In this document: piece by piece, positions 48,616 to 62,092 of the stretch | Layout: each line of letters starts with the position of its first letter | Position numbering within the stretch: position 1 is the stretch's first letter | Assembly: GCA_977862235.1 (NCBI GenBank) | Contig: OZ374565.1 | Location: forward strand, 186,001 to 250,000 | Length of the DNA stretch: 64,000 bases | Direction of reading: 5' to 3' | Source: Dudresnaya verticillata | Taxonomy: Eukaryota | Made by a program: the position numbers and the translations under genes | Notes under the pieces: model-generated | The model's input: the letters and a program-made list of their open reading frames with translations, nothing else | Database searches by the model: none | Told to the model about the DNA's origin: nothing

Positions 48616-49299
48616 GAGGGTTGTAGAACGGGGAATGCAGAATCCGTATTAAGACAGCATGCATATACAAACGGGCTGTGCTGCGGAGAAGGACGAGGCT
48701 ACCCAATACTGATACGGTAATTGATATTTTTTGACGGTAGATCCTCCATTTGTATGCTTTGCTGGGCCCTGCAACCCATTATATTACTTTTGGATAGCTT
48801 AAACAAACAACCGGGTAGACAACCCGAACACTCAATTTAGGAGTAGCTTAATCAGGTAGTGCCTGGCCCCATTCCTGGGTGAGACCTTCTATTTTACCCT
48901 TTTCCTAGTATATTGTACAACATTTAGCCTTTCGCTACAGTACTATAAAGCTGCAGTGAATCGGGGAGCTGAAAACTTCCCGGCACCAAGAATGTTATCA
49001 AGAACACCAACCTCAGAAGCTTCAGCAACCCGCCGTCGCAGCCGCTACCCCGGCACGATACGCCCCAGCCCTCGGTGTGTGTCTCGAGCTACCGAGTACA
49101 CACCGTCGAATAGGCCGATTATTATTTTTACAAGGCCCACCGGTCCGCCCATCGGACCAACTCCAAGTCGATTCTACGACAGCCACGTCTTTATTAAAAT
49201 CCAGAGGCAATAATTACATCTTTTGAATGGCTCCTGTCATCCCCATCAGTTCCTGACAACTCCTGTTGTGGCTGCGCCACTCCTAACACGCATCATGAA

Positions 49300-49560
49300 T
49301 TTTTATGCGCGACCACTGTACATACACGTATACCATCAACAGGTGTGGCGTTTGTCTCGTCAGGTTCCGACGACGGATCAGTTCATGTGTGGGATTTGCG
49401 ATCTCAAAGCCTATTGCTGGAGCGGAGGACGATTCACGCGCTGCCTTCAACCTGTGCCTTATGGAACCCGGTGTACCAAATGCTCACGACTTCACGCCAA
49501 AACGTTCTGTTTTGGTTGCCGGAAGGGCCGGACTCCTCTCCCGAGTACTAGGTTGCTATA
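49300..49560 (+). pseudogene. WD40-repeat gene fragment
   Basis: FVSSGSDDGSVHVWDLR motif with broken surrounding frames. Confidence 0.55.
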
Positions 49561-49836
49561 TGTCCGAGGTTCGTGGCATGTTGATTCGTAGACCTACTGC
49601 TGTATCAAGTGTGTAGAAACTGTTGCCTCGAAAGCTTACTGCCAACTTCTCATTGTCGATCGAGAATCTGTCGAACAAAACTGGCCCTGTTTTTATAAAG
49701 GCGTCATCGCCCCAAACTGTACAGATTAAGACGGTATGTCACGTTTCACCTCAACTACAACTTCTTCCTTGTTCTGGAAGCAGCTTCCCATCACATGGAA
49801 AGCTACAGCATACGGTCATTCCTTCTGCGCTTCTTA

Positions 49837-52800
49837 CTAAGAACTAGGCTTCACACTCCAATGGACATAGTCGCGTGCCTGGTCCTTAACTAGAGCACGC
49901 TTCTCCTGGTCACCAAACTCTTTCTCAAAGTCCAACCACTTCTTGAAGACGAACTTCATCTTCTTCGAACTGAGTTCTAATGTCGTACATCTTTCGAACA
50001 GTTTCCTGGTTACTTCCACATTCTCAGTGTTTCCGCCTTCGAGGTCTCTTCTGCAGTAGCTTGTCTGCATTTCCAAGTAGATACTCCACAGATCTAACCT
50101 CTTTGGAAAGTTGCCGACCAGGGACTCAAAAACTGTTCTACCACGTTCAGATGAGCCAAACTTGTACTCAAACTGCGCGAACTTGCATATGACAGCGACA
50201 TGTTTTCGCTTCTCAAGGCTTTTCAATGCTTTCTCTAGGCATTGTCGGGCTCCGGAGATATTCCCAGAACTGAAGCGGGCGTTTCCAAGTGATATCCACA
50301 CCTTCTTTGAACCTCTGAATCGGCGACTGGCTCTCCGAAGGACTTCATCGGCCAGGCCAGTGCTCGAGGAACGTAGCGCAGCTGCAGCCTGCATGTGAAA
50401 GCCCTTCATATCAGTGACACGCGCGCACCCGCGATCGAATACGCGAAACACGGCGGCGCCTCTCTTCGGACCAAACGCATCCGTAACGGTATCGCTTGTG
50501 GAATTTGATGCTCCAAACTGAGCTTCCAAGTTCAAATAAGCAATCCATACATTCATTTGTCAGTTTCTTTTTGGAGACTTATCGTCTCCAGCGCTCGTTC
50601 GGCGATAGATCTCGCCTTGTTAACCTGAGATAGAGACCAACAAAAAGCCATGTATGGAATCCACAAAACCGATGAGTTCGGCTCTCCGACGAGTAGTCGT
50701 TCAAAATCCTCTGCTGTCTCGGGGGAGTCTAGGTTATTCGCAAGAGCCTCCTCGCGCATATTTTCGCTGTCTCTGTCGCCTCCTGTCGTTTTTCTCCCTT
50801 TTGTCCCGGGACTTGCGTTTTGTTTGCTCTCCATGACCTTCGTTTTCACCCTCCAACTCTGGTTCCTCGTCTTTCTCTTCACGCTTTGTCGCCAGTTCGT
50901 CATCTTCGGCAAAGTTGAAGCCTTGTCGAACTCTAAGTGGGGCAATTTGAGATTTTCTTCGCCTTGAACAGTCGCTAGTTCGATGTCGCCACTCTCGACA
51001 GTACAGACATTAGCGCCGGAGCCCTCATCTGAGCCAGACGAACCCTCCAGTTCACTCTCTCTGTCATTGAATGGTTCGTCTCTGTCAGCATTGCTGTCTT
51101 CTCCATCCAAGATTCTCGGAACCATGTCAACATCTTCAGCACTCCTTAAGGCTGCTTGACGAGAGTTTTGGTTACTCTCAATAAGGGCATTCATATGGTC
51201 TTCATCAAGGCCAGCGGCTTCGAAGTAACATGTTTTGGTGCCAACCTTAACACCCTTTTCATCGACTTTGATGACAATTGCGTTAACCGTCTGTCCTACA
51301 CACCATTCCTCATTCGGGTTTTGAATGAAGCGATCCTGATCTACCTCAATTTTGTGCAACAACGCAGTAACTTTTTTGGATAGTTCAAGCACCGCGCCAT
51401 AGTTTCCTATGTGCTTGACAGTCCCCGTCACCTTGGTTCCCTCCTGCAAGTCTTTGACAGCTGAATTCTCTTTCAATTTCTTCGTTGGGCGCTTTCGCAA
51501 GATGAGTGGAATACGTATCTCCCCGTTGTTACTCTTGGGTTTGCCGGCCCCCTTCAACAAGCATACCAACCAGAAATTATTCTTCCGGATCCTTGACATA
51601 GCCATCCGCGAGGTCACAAAGCAAAACCTGAGCAGATGCATTTCTTCCGACCGCTACAAAGTACCCTTTCTTGCTCACAACTCTAACAAACCCACGCATT
51701 TTCGCTCCCTCTTTGATCAACGGCATGGTGGCCTTCGTGACGAGTAGATCTCCACCGGAATCCGTGTCACTGGGTCTCACGGAAAGGCATATTGCCCCAT
51801 CGGCTGAATCGGAATTCGAATCGAGCCCAACCTTCCGAACCCGAACGACGTCACCTTTCTGAACTGTTTGCATCTTCTGAGCGACCTCACCGAAGTTTAC
51901 CGCCATGTCACACAGACCTACGGTTCCAAGGGCGATATTTTTCGCCGTAGCATCACGAGTGAACCACGGGATCTCCACTCGGAGCCCAACTCCTTGCATC
52001 ACGGCTTGTACTATTCCGTGGAAGAACCCAGGGTCTTTGCCGTTCTCGGAGAGAGCGCCCCAAATCCGACCATTTTCTTTCTCCTCGACTTCGGTAACCA
52101 TGCACACTACTTCAGATGCCACCTTTAAATCGATAGGGTCCCCTTGGACCCGGCAGCTTACATCCATACAGCATATCGATGCAGACGCGTTCACTGCCAC
52201 CCGCGTATACGACTGGGTGCGGTCCTCAGACTTGCCAGAATTAGATTTGCGTAGGCGGGACGACAAGTGGGTTACGAACCCTACCACTTTGCTCCCTTTC
52301 GCAATCGCGTGATGCCTCGCTCGTTCTTCTGAAAGGGAAAGTTCAACCACCACTGGGGTATTCTCTTCACCCTCGCACATGCGACGGCGAATCCCAGAAA
52401 TGAAGGCATGTTCAACACGGCTTCCGTCCTTCGGTAGAACAAAACGAGTACTCAGATTGGCAGGGAGAACCCCAAGAGGCATCCCTAATGTTTCCTCCGG
52501 AGTGACAAAAGAATGATTGGTCCTGTGCAGATGCCCTACAACACCGCGCGCAATCGCCACGAAGCTATGCAGCGGGAAAGTTCGATTTATCTTGCCTTTG
52601 ATGTGTCTTCCTAGAACCTTCTGCTCCTCTACTAAAGATTGTCGAAGCAGTGTCAACGTATCGCCAGTTCTGTCATCGTTGTGTTGGGTTACCTTTTGAG
52701 AATGTCGTTGCTGACTCGCCCGAAAACATTTTCAGTCAATCATAACCAAGTTGCTTCGTATTTCTGCCTTAACCTTGTCGAGCACTGTGCAACGCACAGA

Positions 52801-55800
52801 CGCGCCGAGAGTAATTGACAGCTTGACTGATACAGTGTAACGCCCTGCGCTATAAGCGCATCCTTCCGCTCTGCGAGAAAAGTAGAGAGCGTACTAGAAC
52901 CTATCTGGTCTAGTTGTCTGTGAGCCGTTGGAGTAGCCCAGCACAGGGTGAAAGGTCGCAGGTTCGAGTCTCCGAGCGGGAGGCTCGAGCTCTTTTTCCT
53001 GACGCGACGCTGCGACTCCGAAACTCGCTACGACAGGCGGACTTAGGGCGAAAGCAATAGCGCTCCTAGTCTTCGATCTAGCGACAGCTAGGATCAAGTA
53101 GGCACTCTTAACAAGCAGTATGGTTGCGCTGAATGGGCTTCCTGCATTCAAAATGGACTTTCCCGCCCCTGCAACCACCTCTTCCTGTCTGGAAAGGAGG
53201 TCGATAACACCATAAAAGGGATCCACGTCCAAGACTCGGACGTTGTCTTCCTTTGATGCTTCACTGCGTTTGGTCTTCTCAGAAAATGCTGATTCTGTGC
53301 CGATGCAGGTAGCCAGAGGAAGAGCTTCATCTCTCATCGCTTCAGAGTCTGGCTGAGTGACATCAAGACATACACCGACTGCAGACTCACCAGCTGTCTG
53401 CAACTTGTAAATCACACCATAGCTGTGTTCTGCATGCACTCGCGCTTGCTCGATTCATCCAATTGCAAACCCCTTCAACACACCTGTCTTGCCAAGGAGG
53501 TCTTGCCATTTCTCCAGTGAGCTGAACAACGACAAAGTGTCTGCCTCAAGACCAGAAAACCCCACATTGGAGAGTCGAAGGGATAATGAAAAACGCTGTT
53601 TCTTCTCGTCGATATTGTCCACCACAGCTGCCACACTATTGTGAATCTGCAAAGCTCTAGAAGGGTCACTTAAAAAATGGTCGGCAATGCGAGAGATACG
53701 GGTGAAACCTAACGAATCCCCAAGGAACGCAACTATCGCCCCAGTACCCAACAGCGCCTTAAGGTAGCCACGCAAAACTGGCTTCTGCTGATCGGTTGTC
53801 GTCCTTTCAACAATGCGCTTCACATCATTACAAGATTTTGGCAATAACCCTTGTGCTGAAGCGGTCTTCAGGCTTGGTTTGAGGGTAAGAACAGGCCTGT
53901 CTTCCGAAACAGAAAGGACCATCAGGTCTGACAAAGTGATAGGAGAACCTCTTTCTCCTTTCTGGGCTTTGCCAAGAAGGCTTAGAACTTCCTTGACTAG
54001 TTGCGGGGCAATCCCGGGGACGTCTGCAATATGTCCAAACGGCAGGTAGCATTCCACACTGCCGTTAGAGCTTCCCGATTTTCCTTGCTCGGTGGCCTGG
54101 TCTTGAGGCCCACCCTTTGCGGCTGTGGTAACAGAATTAGATGGTACCTGTACCGACACTATGAAATGTTTCGCTTGCTCATCTGCAGAGGTGATGTGGC
54201 CACCTACAACCTGACCCAGGCTAAGGGTCTTTTGTTGCAGAAGAGCCTGAAGCACCACGCAAATCCATAGAGATAGTGATGCGCCTTCGCGGAGAGTCAA
54301 TCTTAGTTAGTTTGACAAACACTGTCTGTCCGACAGGGTATACTTCTTTGATATCTGCCAACTGCTCAGCTTGAGTCTTGTTCGTGTCAATGCAAAGCTC
54401 GCGAATTGGTGAAAGACCTGCCATGTCTTCACAAAAGCAACAAGAACAGACCCGAAATCCAACACTTTGATAACAGATCCCGTGAAAATGCCTTTGGTCG
54501 ATCAGGTTCAACCAAGTCATCTTCGGATGATCTCCTTTTGCTAACGACAAGCGACTTCTCGGCCTGCTCGAAGGGAGTAAGAAGTGGATACTTCGGGGAA
54601 AATAGGGACTTCTTCGCAGATAAATAGGTCTTTCCCCTTCCCACGTCGATACCAATGGCTCTGCAACGTATCGTTGCTCCTATCCGCAAATTCTCCAGCA
54701 TGGCCATTCGCTTCGGGGTCATCGGTACAATAGAAAGGTGTGCTGCTTGGGTAATACCAAGCAGGTGCGAGTCACCAGCCACAGCTACCGTAACGGCACC
54801 CATCGTGGTGTGACTCATCACCTTGCAATCATACAAAGCGCCGACCTCAATCTCCTCAATGGAAAGAGCTTTGCGTGCCAGAATACTTCGTCGGAGGACG
54901 ATGTTAACAAGCCCATCGAATCGTGGCACCGAAATAACCCTCGCACCATCTTCAACGATCATGCCGGGGTGGTACCTTGATTCGAGTTTGACATCTTTCG
55001 AGTCTGAAACTCTGCTTATGTGAGCAAACACTGGTACAGTACGTGCATTCCAATATTATCCCCAGCGAATTTGGCAGTGTCTTCATCTTTAAGAGTTTCT
55101 TCTGCTCCTTCCGCACCGACATAGCTCATTATGAGGCCAGACCCGGGTTTCACTCTTTCGACTTTCAGCCGTTTCATGAAACTGCCTATCTTCCACGACT
55201 GCGGCACTTCCCGAGGGCGTAGTTCGTCGACCAGCGAAGGTAGCAGTGAAGAGGCAATGCGCTTCTGCGAGGGGTCCACGTAGAAAATCCGCGCCGTTAC
55301 CAGCTTGCCGACGTCAACATCCCATGTCCCATCCGCCCTTCGCGGAACATGGGACGCATCAACAGACAACTTGGACACCGAAAACGCAGTCAAGGCAACC
55401 CCCCAGGACCCTCCTTAACGACGCGTGCGGGAACTACCATACCGGCGGTGAGCTCACTGTACGTAAGCCCAGCGGTATCTTCAACGCACGCCTTGATAAC
55501 CTTCTTCTTCAGTTCCGACACATTGACGACCACGGGCAACACTGGACCGTTCTTCCGTTTCTTCTTCCGAGATACATCCGCTTCCACAACAACTTCCACC
55601 GGACTACCCATGCGCAATTCCCCCTCGCTCTCGTCGAACGGAAGAAAGGCCGTGTGCGGCACACCAGACCCGAACGTCAATACATAACCATGGTCCTCAA
55701 CCGAGCGCACAACTGCGTACAGCGGGGACCCGCGGCGCGTGACGCGCTTTTCGGACAGGCCGGCATTAACGAGCCCCGGATTCATGGAAACAGTCAGGGC

Positions 55801-56105
55801 GCGCTTTCCATGGGCATTATGCTCGTTCGAAACAACAGCCACACGCACAGTCTCCCCCGTGCTGACCGCCTCGCATAGGGCGAAGTGGACTGCGCAGAGA
55901 ATTCTGTTCGGGTGACTACTGCGAGGAGAGTGACACCGGGGGCAAGATGGGAGTGTCTCAGCGAGAGGCCGGTGCGGGTTACAGGGAGCGGCGGGTCTGC
56001 GTGGTCCGCGGACGGATTTCGTCGTGCGCGTCGGGCGCGTACGCTTGGACAGAGGTCGCCTTCGGACGAGGGCCTCGGTGCTGGCTTGTTGCGTGATGGC
56101 GCCAT
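49837..56105 (-). pseudogene. RRP5: rRNA biogenesis protein RRP5 (S1 repeats plus C-terminal HAT/TPR), multiply frameshifted
   Basis: VRSVEDHGY, FAHISRVSD, DFERLLVGEPNSSVLWI.YMAF, NVWIAYLNLE, KFAQFEYKFG..ERGRTVFE..PKRLDLWSIY and KKMKFVFKKWLDFE, spread over about nine ORFs without intron-like gaps. Confidence 0.9.
52877..53009 (+). mobile_element. tRNA-like (SINE-type) insertion in the RRP5 pseudogene
   Basis: A-box-like TGGTCTAGTTG, B box GGTTCGAGTC (52961-52970) and T5 terminator, flanked by the direct repeat CTGCGA (52871-52876 and 53010-53015). Confidence 0.6.
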
Positions 56106-56853
56106 GTCGTCTCGGACGGGCGCGGGTTGAGGGCGTTGGGGGCGTCTGGGGGGTGAGCACACGGTTGGCAGTTGGGGGGGAGCAGGAGAGGATATGGTCG
56201 GATCAAAAAGCTGAAGGACGGCGAGACCCAAGCGAGAAGTGGGCAAACAACCCCAGTGGGGAAAAACCTTGAAAAATGTAGAACCGTCGTACCTGTCGGG
56301 AGTCGAACCCGGTTTCCGGAAATCAACGACAGCGCCGAAACCACTGTGCCACACGTCCGCCTCCGCGCGCGTATATGGGGCCGACGCGCCGGCGGTGGCG
56401 GAGACGATGTGATATGATTGAAATTACAGAGAGACTTGGCTTACACGATCTTGCGTGTTTAGCGGTGACTGGTTTCATTGCCGGTCCAATGATGTCCGTG
56501 TGTGTCGACTGACAAGATACACGGCAGGTCGGTTGCCCTTCGCCCTTCTCATGATGTCAACAACTACGACTAAGCCTCAGCAACCTCTCGTTAGTTTCAT
56601 GCAGTGCAGCAATTCAAACATGCAGTCCCTAACGTACACAGTGCGGTTCCAGAAAGCACATCATCGGAGCAGTAGTCCCACAATGAAAATGACTGGCACA
56701 ACAAAGGAAATTTATTACGTGTAAAAGAGAAATGGTGAAGATAAATTCTTCACGCTTACTTCAAAAGGAGCCCTACAAAGCTCCGAGAGTTGGGCTTTCT
56801 TAGACCCGTGCGAAAGGTGAAAACCCGCCGATTGTTCGATATCCATAACCTTG

Positions 56854-58920
56854 TTAAGCAAGCTTGAATACCACGCAGTAATTAGGAGAGTTCGAAGTTC
56901 CTCGGACACGGAAAATAACTTTCAGGCACTTCCTGTCAATCCTCTCGAACGGCCGCGGGTCAAAACGATTCGGCACAACCGCGTACTGCCCATAGCGGGA
57001 AGATGCCGCAAATAGCTTCCCTTTCGCTCGAGTCTCCTGGCCATTGGGTTTCACAAATACAGTGCGCAATATTGCAGAGCGCAACACCCCGGGATGCCTC
57101 CCATCGAGCAAGTTCACAACAGGCGGTGTGAACTTCTTCTTGAATATCGGCTCACCAGGAATCAGAAACGCTGGAATCCCAGTCGGGAATGTATGGAATC
57201 GCAGCAAGCAGTGGTAGCTTGCGCTTCTACATGCGTCTTTAAGCGGTGCGGGTGTTGGGGCAGCAGCTCCCAAACAAAGATCTCCAGCCAACTTATTCAC
57301 TTGCGAAGAGAGCACTGCGAATGAAGGTGCACGCAGAGCGAAGCTGGGACTTGATGCCAGATCTTCTAGGTACTTTCCGGCCACTCCGTTTCCAATTCCG
57401 ACAGTAAGAATTGCTATTCCGTGGCTCTTCACTGACGCTGATATATTGGTTACCCGAGGAACGGCATTGTCCCTTCCGTCTGTTACCACGACGAGAAGTT
57501 TCGTCCCTTTCCTTGGGTGCAGATCATTGAAGCATGCCTGAACACCAGCAAACATGTTCGTGTATCCAATCGTCCCCTTCAGAGCTGTGATAGCAGGCAT
57601 GAACTGTTGCAATCTCTGCATAGTCATAGTGCGGACCGATTTCGCCCGAATATTGAAGGTGTGAGCAGAGTAATAAGCCATAGGACTCCTCAAGGCGACC
57701 TGCCTGGAGGTTTCCCGCACAAATTCCTTCTCCATTTCAAGTTCAGCGGCGCTCATCGATCGACTGTTGTCAATTGCGAAACAAACGTTGTCGACAGGGC
57801 AAGGCGTCGGTGATGGCGACACAGATGGGGTGACAGAGGTTGATGGGGTGGCAGAGGTTGATGGGGTGGCAGAGGTTGATGGAGTCGGTGATGGCGACCC
57901 AGATGGGGTGACAGAGGTTGATGGGGTGGCAGAGGTTGATGGAGTCGGTGATGGCGACCCAGATGGGATGACCGAGGTTGATGGGGTGACAGACGTTGAT
58001 GGAGTCGGTGATGGCGACCCAGATGGGATGACAGAGGTTGATGGGGTGACAGACGTTGATGGAGTCGGTGATGGCGACCCAGATGGGATGACAGAGGTTG
58101 ATGGGGTGGCAGACGTTGATGGAGTCGGTGATGGCGACCCAGATGGGGTGACAGAGGTTGATGGGGTGGCAGAGGTTGATGAAGTCGGTGATGGCGATAC
58201 AGATGGGGTGGCAGCGGTTGATGAAGTGGGTGAGGCAGTTGGTGTAATTGTAGGCGTAGGGCTTGTTGTCGGGCAGGGAGAAGTCATCGAGACTTGGCAC
58301 GAAGCCTTCGTAGCTTGTTGAATGACAGAAGCCAAGTTTCCGAACCTTGCGTTGATGTAGAATGCCGGACTGCTGGCAACTTGTTTCAGAAAGGCTTCGC
58401 TTATGCCACTGCCGATGCCTATTGTGACAATGGCAATACCATTCCTAGTCTTCAAGGAATTGGCAAAAGATCGGGTTGACGAAGGATTCCTATCAACTCC
58501 ATCAGTCAGGACCACAACCACACGGTTTCCGGCTGTTCCAACAAGCGACCTACAGACTGCTAAGCCACTCGCAATGTTCGTTCCTCCAGCGGTTTGGGTT
58601 GTGCTCTGGATTGCATTCTTGAAACTGGAAATGCTTGAGGTACTAGTAGACACCGTGCGAGCACCATTTGAAAAAGAAGCTGCGCTGTACCTAACAATTG
58701 CCCCTGGGTTTGCAGCAGCAACAGCATCAGCGAACGATGAAACAAAGCCCTTCTGCTCTAGAAATTGGGGGGAAGTGATCGATCCACTCTCATCCAATGC
58801 GAAACACACATGTTGAATGGAACAAGTCGTTGTCCCCGTTCCGCATGGCGGCGGAGATGCAGCTTTTGCGCTGGAAATGATTCCAAGCAAAACACAGAGC
58901 AAAGAAAAGAACGTCTTCAT
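56854..58920 (-). CDS. Secreted protein with two von Willebrand factor A domains separated by a Ser/Thr/Pro repeat linker
   Basis: Signal peptide, MIDAS motifs FALDESGSI and FAIDNSRSM, GGTNI, VVLTDG/VVVTDG and IGIG. Intact 688-aa ORF. Confidence 0.92.
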   Translation of the reverse strand: MKTFFSLLCVLLGIISSAKAASPPPCGTGTTTCSIQHVCFALDESGSITSPQFLEQKGFVSSFADAVAAANPGAIVRYSAASFSNGARTVSTSTSSISSFKNAIQSTTQTAGGTNIASGLAVCRSLVGTAGNRVVVVLTDGVDRNPSSTRSFANSLKTRNGIAIVTIGIGSGISEAFLKQVASSPAFYINARFGNLASVIQQATKASCQVSMTSPCPTTSPTPTITPTASPTSSTAATPSVSPSPTSSTSATPSTSVTPSGSPSPTPSTSATPSTSVIPSGSPSPTPSTSVTPSTSVIPSGSPSPTPSTSVTPSTSVIPSGSPSPTPSTSATPSTSVTPSGSPSPTPSTSATPSTSATPSTSVTPSVSPSPTPCPVDNVCFAIDNSRSMSAAELEMEKEFVRETSRQVALRSPMAYYSAHTFNIRAKSVRTMTMQRLQQFMPAITALKGTIGYTNMFAGVQACFNDLHPRKGTKLLVVVTDGRDNAVPRVTNISASVKSHGIAILTVGIGNGVAGKYLEDLASSPSFALRAPSFAVLSSQVNKLAGDLCLGAAAPTPAPLKDACRSASYHCLLRFHTFPTGIPAFLIPGEPIFKKKFTPPVVNLLDGRHPGVLRSAILRTVFVKPNGQETRAKGKLFAASSRYGQYAVVPNRFDPRPFERIDRKCLKVIFRVRGTSNSPNYCVVFKLA
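57806..58230. repeat. Coding minisatellite (60-bp higher-order unit with 18-bp subunits) encoding TPSTSV.PSGSPSP
   Basis: Lines 57901-58141 align in register. Confidence 0.9.
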
Positions 58921-61507
58921 GCTACCTCTTAAACAGATGGAGAGGTTGCGCTTACGAATTAAATCCCAGAAACGAAGCCAACACTCTGTGTGTCGGCCGA
59001 TAACAGTCTGAACACTTTCCCTGAAGCCAGAGCCCCTTGAGTTCAGAAGGGTCTTAGTCTTATATACTGTCTTATTTGAAAGACTTCCCTGATATCTTAG
59101 ATGCTACGTCGGAGCAGAAGTTTTCACCATCTATCGACACATTCAAGACGATAGGTTTATACCGACCACGGGTTTATTTAAAATGTTTATGTACCTAGTC
59201 AATCGCCAACGATTTCCTGCTTATTGCAGGTTTTTCTTAATAGAAGAAACAATGCCAATCGACTAGCGTTCTGCTTGTAACGTCGCCATGCCCCCCTCTG
59301 ATGCAGGAAACTTGTTCGAAACTGTGAAGTGCTGCACAGTAAGGCACAGGAAGGTACGTAAAAGCAGCAAATCTACAAAAAATGGTGCCTAGTCTTCCCA
59401 TGGATTCAGAGAGGTCATTAGATAGACATCTGCGGGGAAGAGTAAGAAGGACATCCAAGTCTGTATAATAAATTGGCAAAACTGGCAATGCCGTAGTCCA
59501 TAATTTAGGAAGCTCTTCGAAATGGTGAGGCACTGTTATGCATGCACTACATTTACAGGATGTGTAGAATATATAAGAAAGAACGCGGTCGTGGTGCATG
59601 AGATAACTCACAAACCTTATTGAAAATGCACATTTTACACAATGAGCCTCCAGAGAGACTGGTCACTGAACCAGACTCGTTCATTACTGCAGGGAGGGTC
59701 GATGTAGAAAGCGAGAGACCGCGTTGGGGTATCTGCCTGATTGTAGCGCGGCATTGCTCACCATCTGTCACAGAGTACAGTACGTCACTATCGCGAGCGC
59801 TGATTATTATATCCCGATTTTTTCTGCAATAAGTATTAAACGTGTTAGAATCCAGAAATGCATCTTTCGCTGCCTGTGGAACAGCAGTACCAAGAGGCAG
59901 TCAATCCGATGCATGGCGCTTATGTACAAAATGGCACCTCTGATTAAACTGGTAGAAGGCGTTTCTGCTGGGTATATACGTCACTTGCGGCGTAACAGAA
60001 CTGCATTACCGCACAAATTGAAACCCGAACGGCGGGGCCTTAAAATAGCTGCTTCAGTACTCCTCGAGATTCATCGACATGACCTATTGCAAACGGAGAC
60101 CTGATTACAAAACAAGAAAAAAACAACAGGAGACTCAACAGGGGCGGGCTCACCCGTCCCCTGTAATTTCATTATTGTATTGAGAGAGACCTTTATTAAA
60201 GAACAAGAGTTTATTGTACTGTGTAATCGGCAGGGGGTCTTCCTAGGACACATCTCTTTTCGCACATAAGCCCATCAATCGACCGTGTGAACGTTAAACA
60301 ACAAATAAAATACAACAACACATAGAAATTGCTCTTGTTGCGAAACCAATCGACAGTTTTATAAAATGCTCACCCTTTTCTGCAACATGTCGTTTTAATT
60401 CTAATATTATTGCAATCTGTGTCGTTCTGTTGTCTACACTGCAGGATCGCGTGCTACGGCGTCGGTGGCGTCGAGAGCGGCGCGGCGCATTGTGCGCGGC
60501 GCGCGTGAGCGGGGCCGGCGGGGCGAAGGCCGCGCGCGAGCGACTCGCCGCCATGGTTGCTCGCGGTCGGACGGGGGGAGGGGGCGGGGGGGACGCGCGA
60601 GCTGAGCTCGGCACGACGGGCGCGGCGCGAGGCTGATCTGCGCGTTGGGGCGGGGAGTGAGAGCTCGCGGCGCGGCATCGGCACGAACGGCGCCGCTGCG
60701 GTGCGCGGCGCGCGCGCATTGGTCGAGGCGCGGGGCGATTGGAGTTTTTCTGTGAAGGGTTCTCGCTGCCGCGTTGCACACGTGTATCGAGCGTTTCTTG
60801 TGTGACCTGCCATGAAGGCTTCATTGCAGGCATCGCGCAGACGCTCCTTGTGCCCACTATGCACTACCACTCTCACAATCCGCGCAAGGTCCGGAATGCT
60901 GCAAAGTAGACCTCCGGAAGCATTCCCTCACTTACAAAACACCGGCACCCTCCGCGGCACCGCCTTCCTTTCGTTCACAGCACTTTCGATACCACCCCAA
61001 TTCCACTTTTGTTAGTCGACAACTTCGCGTGCTTCCATGCTCCTCATTCCGCAGCCTGCTCAACCTAGTTCTATCACTCGGATCGACCATCTCATTCTTC
61101 AAACGTTCACCGAGGCAATAAAGTTGACAAATTCTCTCGAGTTCCTATTTTCAATACTACCCATGGGAAGCAAAACAATATCACTCCCATAAAGAGAGTC
61201 GCGAGATTTAGCTTTGCACCGCAGTAACCGTAGGCCCCTTCATTGTTCAATGCCAATTAACTCCAACAAAGGGCATGATGACCAACCTTAGTGGTCTTTC
61301 CATCATTTCCATTCAGAAAAATCCATACCATAAGAATCCCCTCGACAGAGCTGCTCGCTCCCTTGTGCTTGTGCTACCTCATATCAACTCCCCATCCGAT
61401 CCGACCCTGTAGCAACCTCCAACGTTTCCCGCATGTTCCTCGGCTGCAAGGGCTCGTCACTGAAAAAAGAAACGGACTACCTTGCTTGACATAACTCTGC
61501 ATCGATA

Positions 61508-62092
61508 ATGACTACTGATGCATGGCTTGAAAGACTCAATCCGGAGGAAGAAGAGGTCTACAACCTGATTAACAGTGCCGAAGAGGAATATTTGCGATAT
61601 TTATCCGCAAAGGCACATCACGCCCCGCTTCCCTTAGAAGAATATCATCTTGTCTATTCTGCGCTATCACGAGCACTACGATGCCAGCAGCGTCTGATTC
61701 TACTTGGGGTCAACGTCATGGAAAACTTCTTGGCCTCCGGAACACTCAACATTGTTGAAAACCAAATCAACCTCCACGCTGCTCCATCGCGTAGAATTTC
61801 GTATCCGCCATTGAGGAACAATGCGCAGAAAATTGCCAGTGATACGCAAATGAAGAGAATCCAGAACACAAAACATGCCTTCAAAGCCTACATCTTCGCG
61901 AAGGACACCAGTCAAAAGAATAACCTCATCGCACAGCACTACATCAAGGACGCCACCGAAAATCTGTTGAAGGTCATCAACGATTTGCATCAGATGTTCA
62001 AACTTGCGGGGAGGAAGGCTGAAGCGATTCAAAAGTCGAAAGAAGCGCTTGGATACAATGAAAGTCTTATTTCTCGAGTCGAACGGCTGTAA
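61508..62092 (+). CDS. Duplicate of the 194-aa hypothetical protein (one V to I change)
   Basis: Identical to 17025..17609 except QRLV versus QRLI. Confidence 0.55.
   Translation: MTTDAWLERLNPEEEEVYNLINSAEEEYLRYLSAKAHHAPLPLEEYHLVYSALSRALRCQQRLILLGVNVMENFLASGTLNIVENQINLHAAPSRRISYPPLRNNAQKIASDTQMKRIQNTKHAFKAYIFAKDTSQKNNLIAQHYIKDATENLLKVINDLHQMFKLAGRKAEAIQKSKEALGYNESLISRVERL

Noticed and set aside
52895..52985. Functional tRNA gene
   Set aside because: A/B boxes are present but there is no proper cloverleaf or acceptor stem; treated as SINE-like.
57767..58321. DGV-repeat and CHPINL-repeat ORFs
   Set aside because: Alternative frames of the vWA protein's S/T/P linker minisatellite.
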